A stretch of DNA of 64,000 bases from Octopus bimaculoides. Lineage: Eukaryota. Shown one piece after another: positions 27,040 to 40,774 of the stretch. Both the position numbers and the translations under genes were made by a program. Position 1 is the first letter of the stretch, and each line of letters starts with the position of its first letter. The notes under the pieces were generated by a model, which worked only from the letters and a program-made list of their open reading frames with translations, had not been told where the DNA came from and searched no databases. Location: contig NC_069001.1 of assembly GCF_001194135.2 (NCBI RefSeq), positions 23,804,483 through 23,868,482 of the forward strand, read 5' to 3'.

Positions 27040-29830
27040 AAAATGAAGCATTTGCAACATTGAATGTCATATATTCACTGAAAGAAAAGGTACAACAAAT
27101 AAAATTAAAGATTGACACGGGAGCAGCAGGCAACAGATTGCCAATGCGTACATATTGCCACATGTACAAATCAACTCCAACTGCAGTCATACTAAAACCA
27201 GAGAACATTCATCTGATGGCATACAATGGCCAAGAAACCAAATGCTTGGGATCAATCCATTTTCAGCTTTGCTCAAATGGCAGCGAATTCCATGATGTCA
27301 AATTCTATGTGGTAGAGGTGGATGGACCACCAATCATTGGATTACCAACATGTGAGGCAATGAAATTAATCACAATACAACTGTGATCACATCATGGATT
27401 TAACTCCTGATATCACAACAATCAAAGGCCCGAAAGAAACATATCTAAATCTTTTCGACAGCTCAGGCAACTTCAAAGAACCCACACAACTATACATAAA
27501 AGCAGGTTCAGAACGCTTCATTGACCCACTTTGAAAATCTTCAGCTTACCTCAAAAATAAGCTCAAGTTTGAATTCCAGAAGATGGAAGAAATGAGGATC
27601 ATCAAGCCTGTGAAGCAACATACAAATTGGTGTTCAAGCATGGCATATTCCGTAAAAAAAAAGATGGATCACGTCACATCTGCATCGACCCACAAAAACT
27701 TAAGCAAGCACTGAAACGATGCTCCCCCACACAAAATCCCTGCGGTGGAAGAGTTGAACCCTCAGTTTTTCAGTTCTAATGTCTTCAGCAAACTAGATGC
27801 AAAACCAAGATACTGGTCTGTTCATCTGGGTGACAAAAGCCAGCTACTCACAACCTTCAGGACCCTATTTGGAAAATATTGTTAGATTAGGTTGCCATTT
27901 GGTCTAAAGGTATCTCAAAAAATCTTTCAAGCAAGAATGGATGAAATCATTGAAGAATTCCCAGGGGTTGTTGGAATAACTGATGACATTGCTGTCCATG
28001 GCAAAGACGAAGAAGAGCATGACAGAAATCTACAAGGACTCATGGAAAAAGCAAAGGAATCTGGATTGGTATTCAACTCAGACATTCATCAACATTCATC
28101 ATTCCACATTCATCAACCCGAAATCTCTTTCTTTGGAAATATTTATTCCAAAGATGGCATCAGGCCAGACCCAGAAAATGTTCGTGACATTCGAAACATG
28201 CCTGTTCCAGAAAACAAGGAAGAGCTGCAGACATTCTTGGGAACTTTGAATTACCTTGTAACATTCATTCCAAACTTCAGCATGGAAGCACAACCATTAA
28301 GGGCCCTCCTCAAGCAAAATATACCATTTGAGATGTCTGAAGACCACATACACTGCTTTGGAAATCTTAAATCAACCATTTCAGAGAAATCAAACCTCAA
28401 GTCCTTTGACTCAAAGAAACCAAAAGGACAGCTCTTTGAAAGGACTTGGAGCAGCTATCATACAAGATGGCAAACCTGTGGCGTTTGCATCAAAAGCGCT
28501 TGACAAAACTCAGTCAAACTACCCATACATCGATTGCAAAATGCTGGCTGTGGTATTCGGAATCACTCTTTTCTGCACATACCTTTACGGACATTTCTTT
28601 GAAGTCATCACAAACCACAAACCCCTGGAGGTGATTGCAGAAAAACCTCTTCTTTGAGCACTACCCCAACTACAAACGATGCTCCAGAAAATTCAGGGAT
28701 ATGATTTCAAAATCAAATACTGCCCAGGGCATACCATGACATTGGCTGACACTCTCTCTCGTCTCCCAAGCTGTGAAGACAATGAAGACATTGACCTGGA
28801 CTTGAGAGTGGATGTGATTGAATTTACTGCAGGAGAAATCCACCAATCTGAATTTGACCTTGTCAATTTTTCCATCAACAAATGTTACCAGCTGTGTGAG
28901 TTCAACATCAGAGATTCTACTTTGGCTACACTGATAGAAACAATTACCTATGGGTAGCTAGACAACATCAAACAAGTCCCAGGTGATATAAAGACATATT
29001 GGTCTTTTTGAGATGAATTGGCTGTAGGAGATGGAATCATCTTCAAAAGGACACAAGTGTTGATACCTCCTCCTCTACAACATGACATTCTAGTATATCT
29101 CCATACCTCTCATTAAGGGACAGAAAAGACCAAACTTCACACTTGTGAAGACGTCTATTGGTCATACATCAGCAAAGACATCAAAGAAATGTGTAGATCC
29201 TGTCAAATATGCCAAGAATTTGCAACTTCCAACAACAGAGAGCTACTGATACCTCATGACATTTCCAGTACACTATGGAAAAAACTAGGAACAGATCTAT
29301 TTGAAATCAACGGCAAAACTTATCTGCTCATTTGTGACTACTTCTCCAAATTTCCAATTGTGACTTACCTCAGCCAAACCGCAAGCAAAGCAGTCACAGA
29401 GGAATTCAAAAAGATTGTGTCTCTCTTTGGCAAACCTGATGAAATTTTCAGTGACAATGGTCCTCAATATACCAGTAAACCATTTCAACAATTCGCACAA
29501 GAATGGGGAATTCAACATACTACATCATCACCAAGGTACCCCCAATCAAACAGATTCATAGAGAGACAGGTACAGACAATTAAAAAGACAATCCAAAAAT
29601 GTGAACAAAGTAAAGAAGACATAAACAGTGCATTGATGAATCTAAGAGCCACACCATTAAAGATGCCATCACCCGCTGAGATCCTATTGAGCAGACCAAT
29701 CACAACGCTTGTGCCATTACGCTGGAGCTATTCTTATAAAACTCAAAGACTAAGAAAACTCCTCAAAAAAAAAAGAAAATACAAATGAAAACTGCATATG
29801 ACCAGCATGCAAAGATGGAATAAGCTCCAT
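27040..29830 (+). pseudogene. pol: Gypsy pol remnant (protease, reverse transcriptase, RNase H, integrase)
   Basis: DTGA protease motif near 27110; RT catalytic TDD at 27979-27987; DDE integrase in ORF 29189-29788; several in-frame stops and frameshifts. Confidence 0.92.
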
Positions 29831-30559
29831 TGCACACTGGACAACCTGTGCGAACCCTTGATAAAAACAACAAATGTTGGATGCCTGGAGAAATAGCAAG
29901 ACAATGTGAAGAACCGAGGTCTTACATTGTGAAAACAACACATGGCGATTTGCAGAGAAAGAGAAGGGAAATGAGAAATAGTGGTATTGGCATAGACAAA
30001 CAGTATGGACAGACCACTCAGATGGAAACGTCTGCCAGTTTGCCCAACACTATGGGGACAGACAACTGCTCAACAGACCCTACAAACTCCAGGAATCAGG
30101 TTACAGATCCTACAAATTCCATGGAACATGTTATTCAACTTGACTCAAGGAAAGAAATCACAAATGCTCCTCCTGATAACAATGCAAAAACACAAAATAA
30201 TGGCCAGATGCATGAGAAGTGCTCAATGCCAACCCCACAAAAAATCACAAGTGAAAAAACCAAAGTGCTACAAAAACTTTGTACCATAAAACTGTTCTTG
30301 TTATTTGAAGTGCATGTTGCATATTGCTCTTGCAACAAAACAGTTTTTTTTCTTTCTTTGGGGGAGAAAAAAACCTATTTTCATTTGTCAGTTTTATTAG
30401 TCTGTGAGTTGCTTAAAGAAAAGAGAGAATGTTGTTATGACACGAAACTAAATGCACTTAATTTCACATTGTTAAATATGTTTTCGCGGATAAAAGGTGG
30501 TCAGCTCAGTGGCTAATGGGGATGGAAGTCGAATAGACACCCAACCACTTTGCATTGCA

Positions 30560-31019
30560 TTATTGGAGTGCCTGTTACAATGTTATAAATCGCAATTTGT
30601 TCCCAGAAAAATATTTTATCTAAAACTTTATGATACTCATAAATAAATGGCAATAAAATTACAATAAAATGTAAAGAATATTTTATGAAAGTAAAAAGAA
30701 TGTCAAGATCATTTGTAATAAAAAATATTGCTATTATAATCGTTTTCTGAACCACTTTTACTCGCACTAGACCTGCTCACACCATTACTTGCAGATGCGA
30801 TCGTTGATTCACATGCACTCGTAGATGAACTTGTAGATTCCTTTTCAAAAAACAAGTCTAGTGTTGTTTGCTTAGAAGCTTATTTTTGCTCTTTGTAAAT
30901 TTCTTGGTAACACGCAGAAGCATTTGTTGTGGTAGCAGAGACTTTTGCCCTTCATTCAAAATTTGGATCTTGGGCTTGAAAAATAAAACTGTGATCTCAT
31001 AAAGTGAGGTATTACTGTA
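30560..31019 (-). mobile_element. Tigger/pogo-family DNA transposon remnant (one TIR fused to the transposase C-terminus)
   Basis: Minus strand TA|CAGTAATACCTCACTTTA (31019-31000) resembles a Tigger TIR. It is followed by FQAQDPNFE*RAKVSATTTNASACYQEIYKEQK*ASKQTTLDLFFEK, matching the Tigger/TIGD1-type C-terminal QDPN...CY.EIY...QTxLDxFF pattern (recalled). Second TIR not found. Confidence 0.7.
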
Positions 31020-33396
31020 CTTAGACCCCAGCCTGTGGAGCAGACATGAAGCAAACCAATTCTACTCGTCTTGTTACACAAAAACGTGTGATTGATCAAA
31101 AGTCAGGCATACACTTCCCTATACCTCACTTCAATCAATGGAACAACATCCTCTTGCACATTATCCAGGATTCCCTTCAACTATTCTTCGAATGAATATG
31201 GAAGCCCATAATATTTTTTGTTAATGGAATATGTTGCCTTCCTTCTTGTCTTTTCCTGAATAACTCACACAGATAACGTGTCACTTTCCCTGTTAAAAAC
31301 TGTTCTCGTCACTTCTCCTTTTCCTGACGTTGGTTCAAGTCCACTCATCTATTTTGACCTACGACATTTGCAACAGATAAAATATTGCTGTATTTTCAAT
31401 ATTTTGTTGCTATTCCTACTGATTTTGCCATTCAAATTAATGTTTCGAATACTATTCTTTTGTGAGGCTTTCCACTGAGAACCATAATTATTTAATGTTC
31501 GAGCTCTATATATGTACATATGTTCGATTTTTCCATTGTCTGTGTTTTTTAAGTTTTTATTTTTTTGTTCAAAATAGTTTGGCGACGTGTTTGTTTACAT
31601 TGTTGTGGCTATGGCTACTACCACTGTTGTGAACTTTCTGCTACTATTGAGACCATTTTGAACCACAATTAAACAATACAAATGGCGATTTGCCAAAAAC
31701 ACATATGTAGTTAAAAATATCTGAAGACAAACTTTCGTCTTTCACAGGTAATGGGGTAGGTAGTTAAACAATCCGAAGGCCTCCTCTTAGTAAAACCAGA
31801 ACAAGTATTTTTGTTAACCCAAGGAAATCAGATTGAAATTTAGTTTTTTGCAGAGCTCTGACGGAGGTGTAAAACGGTAATGGAACAATAAAAAAATTTA
31901 CTATACCTATTATTGTTTTACATTATTGTTTTTAGTTTGCAAATTTTTTTTATGTGAGTTCGTATGTTGAAACAAATTTTGCTGTGTCTTGGGAGAATCA
32001 TTATGTCAATGATTATAACACATATTACCTTCCTTGTTGTTTGGAAAAATGAGTGAATAATTTCTTTACTTTCTACAGTTTCTAAAACAAACTGATATTT
32101 TACATTGTGTTTTCCTGCTTGCACCCATCTGTTGTTGTTTTTGGATATTTTATGCTGCATTTTCGATGCTTAAAACTACACATTGTGTTGTTTACATGTC
32201 TTTTGGTCATTTTACATTTATTAGATGCTTAGGACACATGCTATCATTGCAGTGTTGACATTGTTTTGTTGTCTGACTTCAGTCATGTACAAAATGATAG
32301 CTTCATAATCCTGTTTTCTGACTGGGTAAAAGTGATCAAATTTTAAATGCCTGTAACATTTTAAAAACATTTTTCTGGAACAAGTGAATTAGGTCCTGAG
32401 ATTCAGTATGAAAAATTACATCAATACACCAAATTTGAAAATTTTCACTTGATTTTAAAATTTCAACCAGTGCAGCCACACAAAAAAGAACATTAATATT
32501 TCCTACAAATTTTGCTTTTGTTATGATAGTTATTCAAATCCCAAAGAATCCCTCTCGACGCATGGCTATGATGCTTCCCCTCTACTACTGCTCATGACCA
32601 GAGATGCACATATTGTCAGCCAGTAAGGGACAAACTCAAGTGGCTAATGTCAAATAACTGACAAGTAAATCTGTGGTATTGAGTAGAATATTTGCTATAA
32701 CAATATCTCGTAGGCATCCTGAGATTCAGTATGAAAAATTACATCAATACACCAAATTTTAAAATTTTCACTTAATTTTAAAATTTCAAACAGTGCAGCC
32801 ACATAAAAAAGATCATTATTTCCTACAAATTTTGCTTTGGCTTTGATATTTATTCATAACTCAAGTGGTTAACGTCAAATAACTGACAAGTAAGTCTGTG
32901 GTATTGAGCAGAATATTTGCTATAACAATATCTCTGCTTTAGCAACTCAGCACTGAATTTGCATGAAATGTAATGGAAAATATGTCAGTTTCTAAACATT
33001 GACGTCCAGGTCGCAAAAGCAAAGTTTGAAGAGAATAGTAGTCACTTCCTTTGATTTCTAGATAGAAACCAATAAGGAACAACATTTACTGACCAAAGAC
33101 AAAAAGAAAGAAAAAATTCTTACAGTGTTGTTATAGCATCAACAAATAGCTAGACATTGGAATGGGGAGAGGCATTAGGAGGTGATAAACCACTTGTAGT
33201 AGTGTACGACTGATACTTTCCTTGAAAGAAAAGAGGCAAAGCATTTGCCTGGCATGATTTGAAGACATGACAAATATAAAGAGACATAACTAATGAAATA
33301 TCACATGACATTTTGTCTGCCCACTGCCGTCTCTTACATTCCATGAACCACAAACAAACACTACTATTAATATTTCTACTACTGCTTATCATCATC

Positions 33397-33431
<35 letters not shown>

Positions 33432-33965
33432 CTTCTCTACTATAGGCACAAGGCCTGAAATTTTGCGGGAGGGAGAAAGTCGATTACATCGGCCCTAGTG
33501 TTTCACTGGTACTTGATTTATCTTCCCTGAAAGGATGAAACCCAAAGTCAACCTCAGCAGAATTTGATCTCGGAAAACAAGGACGGATGAAATGCTGCCA
33601 AGTATTTCATCCAGCATGCGAATGATTCTGCCAGCTCGCATCCTTAAACAACAACAATAATAATAATAATAATAATAATAATCATAATCATAACAATGAT
33701 TTCAACAAAGTCCCAACCCCAGCAGAATTTCAACTCAGATCATAGAGATGGATAAAACACCTCTAAGAATTTTGCCTGGTTTCACATTTTGGTGCAAGGC
33801 CAGTAATTTTGTGGGAGGAGTTAAGTCTATTACAATAATCCTAGTGATCGACTGGTACTTACCAACATGGCTTAGCTGCTGGCTGGAGACCCAAATATAC
33901 AAAAGTTTGTTCTGGCTTACATGTTTACGAATTGCAATTAAATCAACTCAACAGAAATAATAATA

Positions 33966-34159
33966 GTAAAGATTGTTTGTCAACATAACATGGCAGTCCT
34001 GGTTTAGGACTAATTTTGCTGTAATTTAGCCCCAGGAGACATCGTCTCCTGCTGGCTATACGACACGATCTGTGTCCTTATATTTTCGAACAAGGGAATC
34101 TAGAATCCCCTCACAGCTCAAAACAGGACTGCCATGTTAAGTTGGCAAACAATCTTTAC
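33966..34159. mobile_element. 194-bp MITE with 40-bp TIRs and TA target site (Tc1/mariner-type)
   Basis: Left GTAAAGATTGTTTGTCAACATAACATGGCAGTCCTGGTTT vs reverse complement of right end: 37/40 identical; flanked by TA on both sides. Confidence 0.85.
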
Positions 34160-35559
34160 TACAAACTACTGTTGCTGAATATCTCACGCTGTGAGATTTT
34201 AAAAATAGTAATTTTCTAATAAATAATAATAAACCTTTCTACTATAGGCACAAGGCCTGAAATTTGGGGGGAGGGAGATAGTCAAACACATTGACCCCAG
34301 TGCTTAACTGGTGCTTAATTTGTCGACCCCTAAAGGATGAAAGGCAAAGTCGACCTCGGTGGAATTTGAACTCAAAATGTGAAGACGGATGAAATATTGC
34401 TAAACATTATCCCTGCCATTCTAATGATTCTGTCAGCTCATGATTTCAAATCTTCACACAAGGCCAGCAATTTCGGGGGTGGGAGTAAGCTGATTACATT
34501 GACCCCAGTGCTCAAGTGGTCCTTATTTTACCAACCCCGAACAGATGAAAGACAAAGTCAACCTCGGCAGAATTTGAATTCAGAACCTGGAGACTGACAA
34601 AGTAACGCTAAGCATTTTGCCCAACTTGCTCACAATTCTGCCAGCTTGCCCCCTTAATAATAATAATAGTGATGATGATAATGATAATAATGATCATAAT
34701 AGTAATAATAATAATAATAATAATAGTAATAATAATGATGATAATAATAATAATGATAATAATATAATAAAGAAAAGGAAAAGGAAAAATAATTTGAAAA
34801 GTAAAGGAAAATTTAACATAACTAACTGCGCTCATGAATTTTAAACTGCTCATAAATCTTTAAAAGAAACCTCTCAATTACTCACTATTTTGCTGTGCAA
34901 GAAGATTAAATACATACAAATATATTTTCTAAATGTAACTGAAGTTTTTCCCATTGCAAAAACTAAAACCAACATTTATAAATACACACACACACATGCA
35001 CACACACACATGTATATATACATATATACATATACACCAAAAAACATATCAGTTCTGAAGTTAGTTGAAGATTTTTCAAGCATAAAAATGTAGATTTTTG
35101 TAATTTGTCTTACAAACTTTCTCATTTATTTTAGAGACCTCACTAACACCACATTCAGTATATACATGATGTATACATACATATGTATGTATATACATAC
35201 ATATACATATATGTGTGTTTGCAAGTACATATTTGTGTGCACATAAATCTAAGCATACATATATACGCATGCATTTTTATATAAGTGTGTGCACGTATAT
35301 GCATTTTGTATGGTATGTATATACATACACCCATCTGCACTACGCTTTGCATAAGTTTTCAAGAACCAATAAACAATTCCATCCCCCTTACATAACCAAC
35401 ACCAACGGCCTGAAATTATCCACATTAAAAGCTCATCAAAACTGATCTTGTTGCTTTCCATCTTGAACATGAAGGTTTACAGGAACATTAACAGTGAGTA
35501 AATGGAAGCAGTTTAAGCAATTGGGGTTTTATTGCTTCTATCTCCTCTCTCTAGTACCT

Positions 35560-35955
35560 AGGTGTGTGTGTATGTATATATATATATATGTACACACGCA
35601 CACACACACTCCCACACACATACTCCCACACACACAAATACACTCATATACACATACATATATATATACACACACAAACATATATATACATATATACACA
35701 CACAATCATATATATATACATATATATATACACACATATATATATATATATATCGATACACACACACACACACACATATATGCACACACACATACACACA
35801 CACACACACACATATATATTTGTATACATATGCATACAGATATATATATATATATATACATATAAAGACACACACACACACATATATATATGCATATATA
35901 TATACACACGTAGATATATATATATGTGTATATATATATATACACATGTGTATAT
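35560..35955. repeat. Compound (TA)/(CA) microsatellite
   Basis: Alternating TA/CA/TG tracts. Others: (TA)n 1348-1390, 7419-7487, 38870-38930; (CA)n 43797-43920. Confidence 0.95.
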
Positions 35956-37154
35956 AAGCATAAAACTAGATTTCAGGTATCATGTTCTTAATGATTTGCA
36001 TAATTGTTTACATTCTTCTCATCCAGCAATAATCACTTCAGGCCAGTTTAAGTTGGAAGAGGCATCACTGAAGCAGTAGCACCAGTAGTAGTAGTAGTAG
36101 TAGTAGTAGTAGCAGTAGCAATTATTGTGGTGATGATGTTAATGACAACTCTGGTGGTAGTTGTAGTGGTGAACATTGTTCTTCATTGTGTGTATGCGTG
36201 TGTTTTTGATTATATAGCAACTTGCTTGAAAATATGACACGTAAGCAACCACTTTTGTCAAAGAAACAACAACAACTACAACAATAACACAAATAGCAGC
36301 AACATTACTAAAAAGCATTACTGAATCAGCTGAGCATATGAGAGCAGCTGTGATGGTTTTGTTGTTGTTGCATCTCCTAGAAATAGTAGTTAAATTGCTT
36401 CCTCAAACCATATATAGTTTTTAAAACTAGGGTGTACGCGATAATGCCCTCAGCATGCTGATGTTTGAAAATGTGGGATGGTCTTTATTGGAATGCTTTA
36501 GATTATTTTTCTGTTTGATTAGAATTGATTTAGGGCAGTCATAGTCAATCTGTGACCAGCTGGAGTTTCTGAATTGCATGTTTAATGAAATATTACCTTG
36601 AATTTCTTTAGCAGTGAATTTCTTAGTGTCACATAAAGACTGCTTCTTGGTAAAGGTTGCCTATGGCTGATTTAGGGCCTCAACAACGACAACAACAATA
36701 TCCTTATGACTAAGTCAGAAATATATATTTGAGAAGGAGGGTAAAGTTAATATTGATTTATGTCAAATGACCAAGACATGTGGTGTATTGCTTTCCCCAA
36801 GGTGAGCTGCTCACCACAGCAAAATTGATCCCTTATAAACAAGATGCTGTGCAAAAGGCATTGGTGTGTGTTCTGGTGCTGTGTAAAAAGCACTGATGGT
36901 TGTACCACTATGACCTGTAAAATGTTTGGCATTAGGAAGGGCATCCAGGTATGGAAGCCAAGCCAAAACAGACTATGGAACCTGGTACAGCTCCTGGCCT
37001 TGCCAGTTCCTGTCAAACCATCCAACCCATGCCAGCATGGAAACTAGACATAAAATGCTGCTGCCGATGATGATGTTAGCCATTTGATCTTAATTTATCA
37101 ACCTGAATAGTAATAAAAGCAAAAATTGGCTTCCAACAGTTTTTAACTCAGAAT

Positions 37155-37224
37155 GTGGAATAAAGAATATGGAATAAAGAATATGGAATAAATAATATGG
37201 AATAAAGAATATGGAATATAGAAT
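37155..37224. repeat. 14-bp tandem repeat (AATATGGAATAAAG), about 4-5 copies
   Basis: Direct inspection. Confidence 0.8.
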
Positions 37225-38862
37225 GTGTAGTGTTGTTGTTTAATCATAGATTAAACGAAGTGAAGCAAACCTATTATCAATGATCTGATATTGGTTTCAA
37301 TATCAATTAAGAACGCTTGAAATGACACAACATGGAATTGAAAATCAAGCTTTAACTGAAGTTCTATATAATTCAGTACAGTTATATCTTGTGTAGCAAA
37401 TCTTTATCGTATTGCTGTTCTATAATAAACAGTTTTTTTTTACAAATAATTATTTCTGTTTTTCTTTTTTAAAAAAAAAAGTTTCTTCCATGCTGCATCA
37501 CTGTTAATTTGTCTGATCGTTAAACAATTATGAAAGTGCTTGAAAAATACAAAAAAAAGAAAAGAATGAGAATATTGTGATGGAAAGTTTTAAGAACAGA
37601 ATGTGTGAAAAACTATGATGCATATCAAATTTATTTAGTTTCTTAAATGTCATGACAGACATTTGCCATTGAGTATTCAAATGCTGAGAGAATAAAGGTA
37701 TGTCAATTGATATGAAACGAGTCTTGTTTTATGAAATATTTCATGGAAGTCTTTGACATTTTTTGTCTTCTTATCAAAAAACAGTGTTTCTCAGCCTTTC
37801 TGACTTGATGGCACAAAGGAGATAAATAAATAAATGAATGAATAAATAGATAAATTATTGAAGTCCTTCATACAGAAAGTAAATTATTATTGGCTGGTTT
37901 TGCATGGAAATTTTAGGAATCTATGCTTCTGATCTTAAGCATTTAAAAATAATGGGCAGACAGCTATTGCTTTCTTTACATAAATCATTGTATATATTTC
38001 AGTCGTTAGACTGGGGCCTTGGTGAGGAACCACTTTGAAGAATTTTAGTTGAATGCATCAACCCCAGTACTTCTTTTGCTTTTTTTCAAGCTTGGTATTT
38101 CTTCTATTAGTCTCTTTTGCTAAACTGCTAAGTTAGAAGAACACCAGTTATCAAGCAATGATAGGGGACAAACACACACACATATGACAGGCTTCTTTCA
38201 GTTTCCATCTGCCAAATCTACTCATAAGGCATTTGTCCTCCTAAAGTTATAGTAGAAGTCACTTGACTAAAGTGCTGTACAGTGGGACTGAACCTGAAAC
38301 CATGTAGTTTGGGAGCAAGCTTCTTACCACACAGCCAGTGACATATTTTTCAAGATATTCAGCAATAAATATTTTCTAAAACCCTAAATTGCATTTTTAA
38401 AAAATGCAATTCAAGGTTTTTTTTTTGTGTGTGTGTGTATGACCTACTGCTGTTTGGCAACCGGTGTTGGTGTGTTTATGTCCTCATAATTAGCAGTTAA
38501 CTTTTTCAGCACATGTAATGCAATGTAGTATGCAGCTTGAAAACCACTCATCTAAATTTACTCATCTTTGTTCCTGAAGTTCACCTGTTGGAGCTGATCT
38601 TTGACTAAGTTCTCAATTGATAGTCACTGCAGTTTCTTCCAACTTTCTTCCAAATTGGAGAGAATTATATCATGAAACAGCATTACCATATGGAAGTATG
38701 TCTTGTCAATATTGATTAGGGTAACAGAAACTGAATATAGAATTTTTATATTCCTCTAACATAAGGACTAAAACGATATTTTAAAATGAAATATCTCCCA
38801 CTAATACTTGCAACATTATTTTATATTCTACATTATATATATGTATATATATATGTAATATA

Positions 38863-38938
<76 letters not shown>

Positions 38939-38959
38939 TACATATATATGTAGATACAT

Positions 38960-38999
<40 letters not shown>

Positions 39000-40406
39000 C
39001 AGTGGCATGCAGTTGGGACATGCTAGTCCGTTGATTTTATGTAACTCAAAAATCAATTTAAGAACGTAATGTATTTATAACCACATTGAAAAATTGTCCA
39101 AATCAATGGAAACTGAGCTAAAATAGTTAGTTTCAAAGGAAACTTGTCCAAGTTGATACTTTGCTCTGTTTTCATTTTGCTTCCACTAGGCATGCTTAAA
39201 GAAAAATGCATATGAAATCTTTTGTCTCCAACTGCCTATCTTTCAATAACTATCATTTCAATGCCTGTAAGATTCTTTTTTATCTCGATAAAATAACTAC
39301 AGAAGAGACATGCTTTCAGAACAATGCATATTTTGGCTTCCCTTCCCTTTCTATCAGTTCTTCTTGGTCAACAATTCTTTGTAATTGATGTTGCTAATGT
39401 GACAGGCAAAATGGTTGAATGGGTTTGATTTTTTGACCCGTAAAAATTCTGACCAAAACGTATCAACAATCCCATAATTCTTCCTTAGTCAGCTCGTATG
39501 TTGCCGTGACTTTGGAATATCTATTTCACTCTGTCGTAAGTTTTGAAATTATTTTCATTAACCATCCTCTCTGTATTAAACAAAAAAATCTGAAATCAGA
39601 AATATAACTGAGCTAATTAATTTTTTGTTGATTTACTAAAATTATCTTTCTGTTTTGTTGAAACTGATTTATAATTCATGATCGCAGTAAAATGAGGTAC
39701 GGTGACAAAGTGAAATTAAAGTGCTCATTTTTTTTTTTACAACTGAAAGTGTTTTTTTTTTCTACAAAATGAATCTTGATAGTTACAAAAAAAATATGAG
39801 AGCAGCAATAAGTCAAATTTCCAACAAACACTTTTTTACAACTTTCTCACAGTATACCTTATTTTACTGCAGGAAATTTCTCTGAAAGAAACCTTTGCAG
39901 AAATGTGAGTAGGTTAATTACATGTTTCTTTCATTATTTTATTGTAGTTTTTCCCACCCAACAAATTCCTCTGAGATTTGGCTGTTATTTCTATCATGTG
40001 GCTAACCTGCTAGAAGGATATCAGGAGGGGAGGAGGTTGGGGTAATTTTTCATTTTTTTGAAAAATTGAAACTTTACAAACAATTTTTGTTTTTTCAGAA
40101 TCATAATCTCAGTATTTCTGGAAAAAGTGAAAAACGAAGAAATGGGGGGAACTGAAATTCTGAAGTTGCAATTTTCGCAAATTTTTTTTCAGAATTGGAA
40201 TCTCCATAACCGAAAACGTGGGTTTCCATTAAAAAAAAAAAATTTAAGGGTGGGGAGGGGTTGCGTTACATCTCTGTCATGTGTACCAAGTATTTATTGC
40301 CTGACCAACTGCAGAAGTCATTGCACACCACTGATCATCATTGTTATAATGTATATTGTTATATATATATATTGTTATAATATATATATATTGTTATAAT
40401 GTTATA

Positions 40407-40442
<36 letters not shown>

Positions 40443-40446
<4 letters not shown>

Positions 40447-40774
40447 ATAACATCTCATCCACTTGTATGTTGTTGCTGGCACTGTAATTTTCTTGTCGCC
40501 ACTATTATGATGTGGTAGTATTCCGTGTCTTATTATCTTTGACATATCTATCGTGCTATCGCTGAGAGCTGCTCAAGACAATGACTTTGAAACGTTTACC
40601 TTGACGGTAACTCAAACTCATATATATCAGGTAACTGACACTGACTCCAGCAGAGAACTCATACAACGACTCTACTACTACTGGCCTCTTACAACGACTG
40701 ACTGTCTGACTTTATAGTGGCTGTGTCATCCCACTTTGTCACATGGGAAGGGGAGTACCATTTTCACTACAACA
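40443..40774 (-). repeat. 3' LTR (~332 bp) of the minus-strand Gypsy element
   Basis: On minus: purine tract AAAAGTGGAGA (40785-40775) directly followed by TGTTGTAG..., ending ...TTATAACA (TGTT...AACA termini), downstream of the integrase. No partner LTR in the window. Confidence 0.65.

Larger units (their letters stand above)
26226..30290 (+). mobile_element. Degenerate Ty3/Gypsy LTR retrotransposon internal region (gag-PR-RT-RNaseH-IN) with stops and frameshifts; no 5' LTR or PBS seen
   Basis: ORF fragments in Gypsy domain order: gag N-term (MQWHTDNAAEALQIFKQ), Cys/His knuckles CGNCGRMHPPRKCPAYNDSCNFCNKKGHW, aspartic protease LKIDTGAAGN, RT FSKLDAKPRYWSV...LPFGLKVSQKIFQ...GITDDIAVHG, RNaseH PVAFASK...ITNHKPLE, integrase HHCC then GTDLF/FSDNGPQY/PQSNRFIER. 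Confidence 0.95.

Noticed and set aside
30415-30560. Purine tract + TGTTG as PPT and 3' LTR of the plus-strand Gypsy
   Set aside because: No matching 5' LTR and no clear CA end; the sequence may belong to another element.
31030-32300. Possible pogo N-terminal or piggyBac cysteine-rich remnants on minus (CQHCNDSMCPKH; RKTQCKISVC)
   Set aside because: Too fragmentary to assign without a profile search.
35494-36079. His/Thr/Tyr/Ile- or Val/Cys-rich ORFs (also 7370-7639, 43170-43947, 38781-39056)
   Set aside because: Translations of (TA)/(CA) microsatellites.
40530-40608. Open-frame exon candidate ...AAQDNDFETFTLT|gtaact
   Set aside because: Inside the Gypsy LTR, with a weak acceptor.
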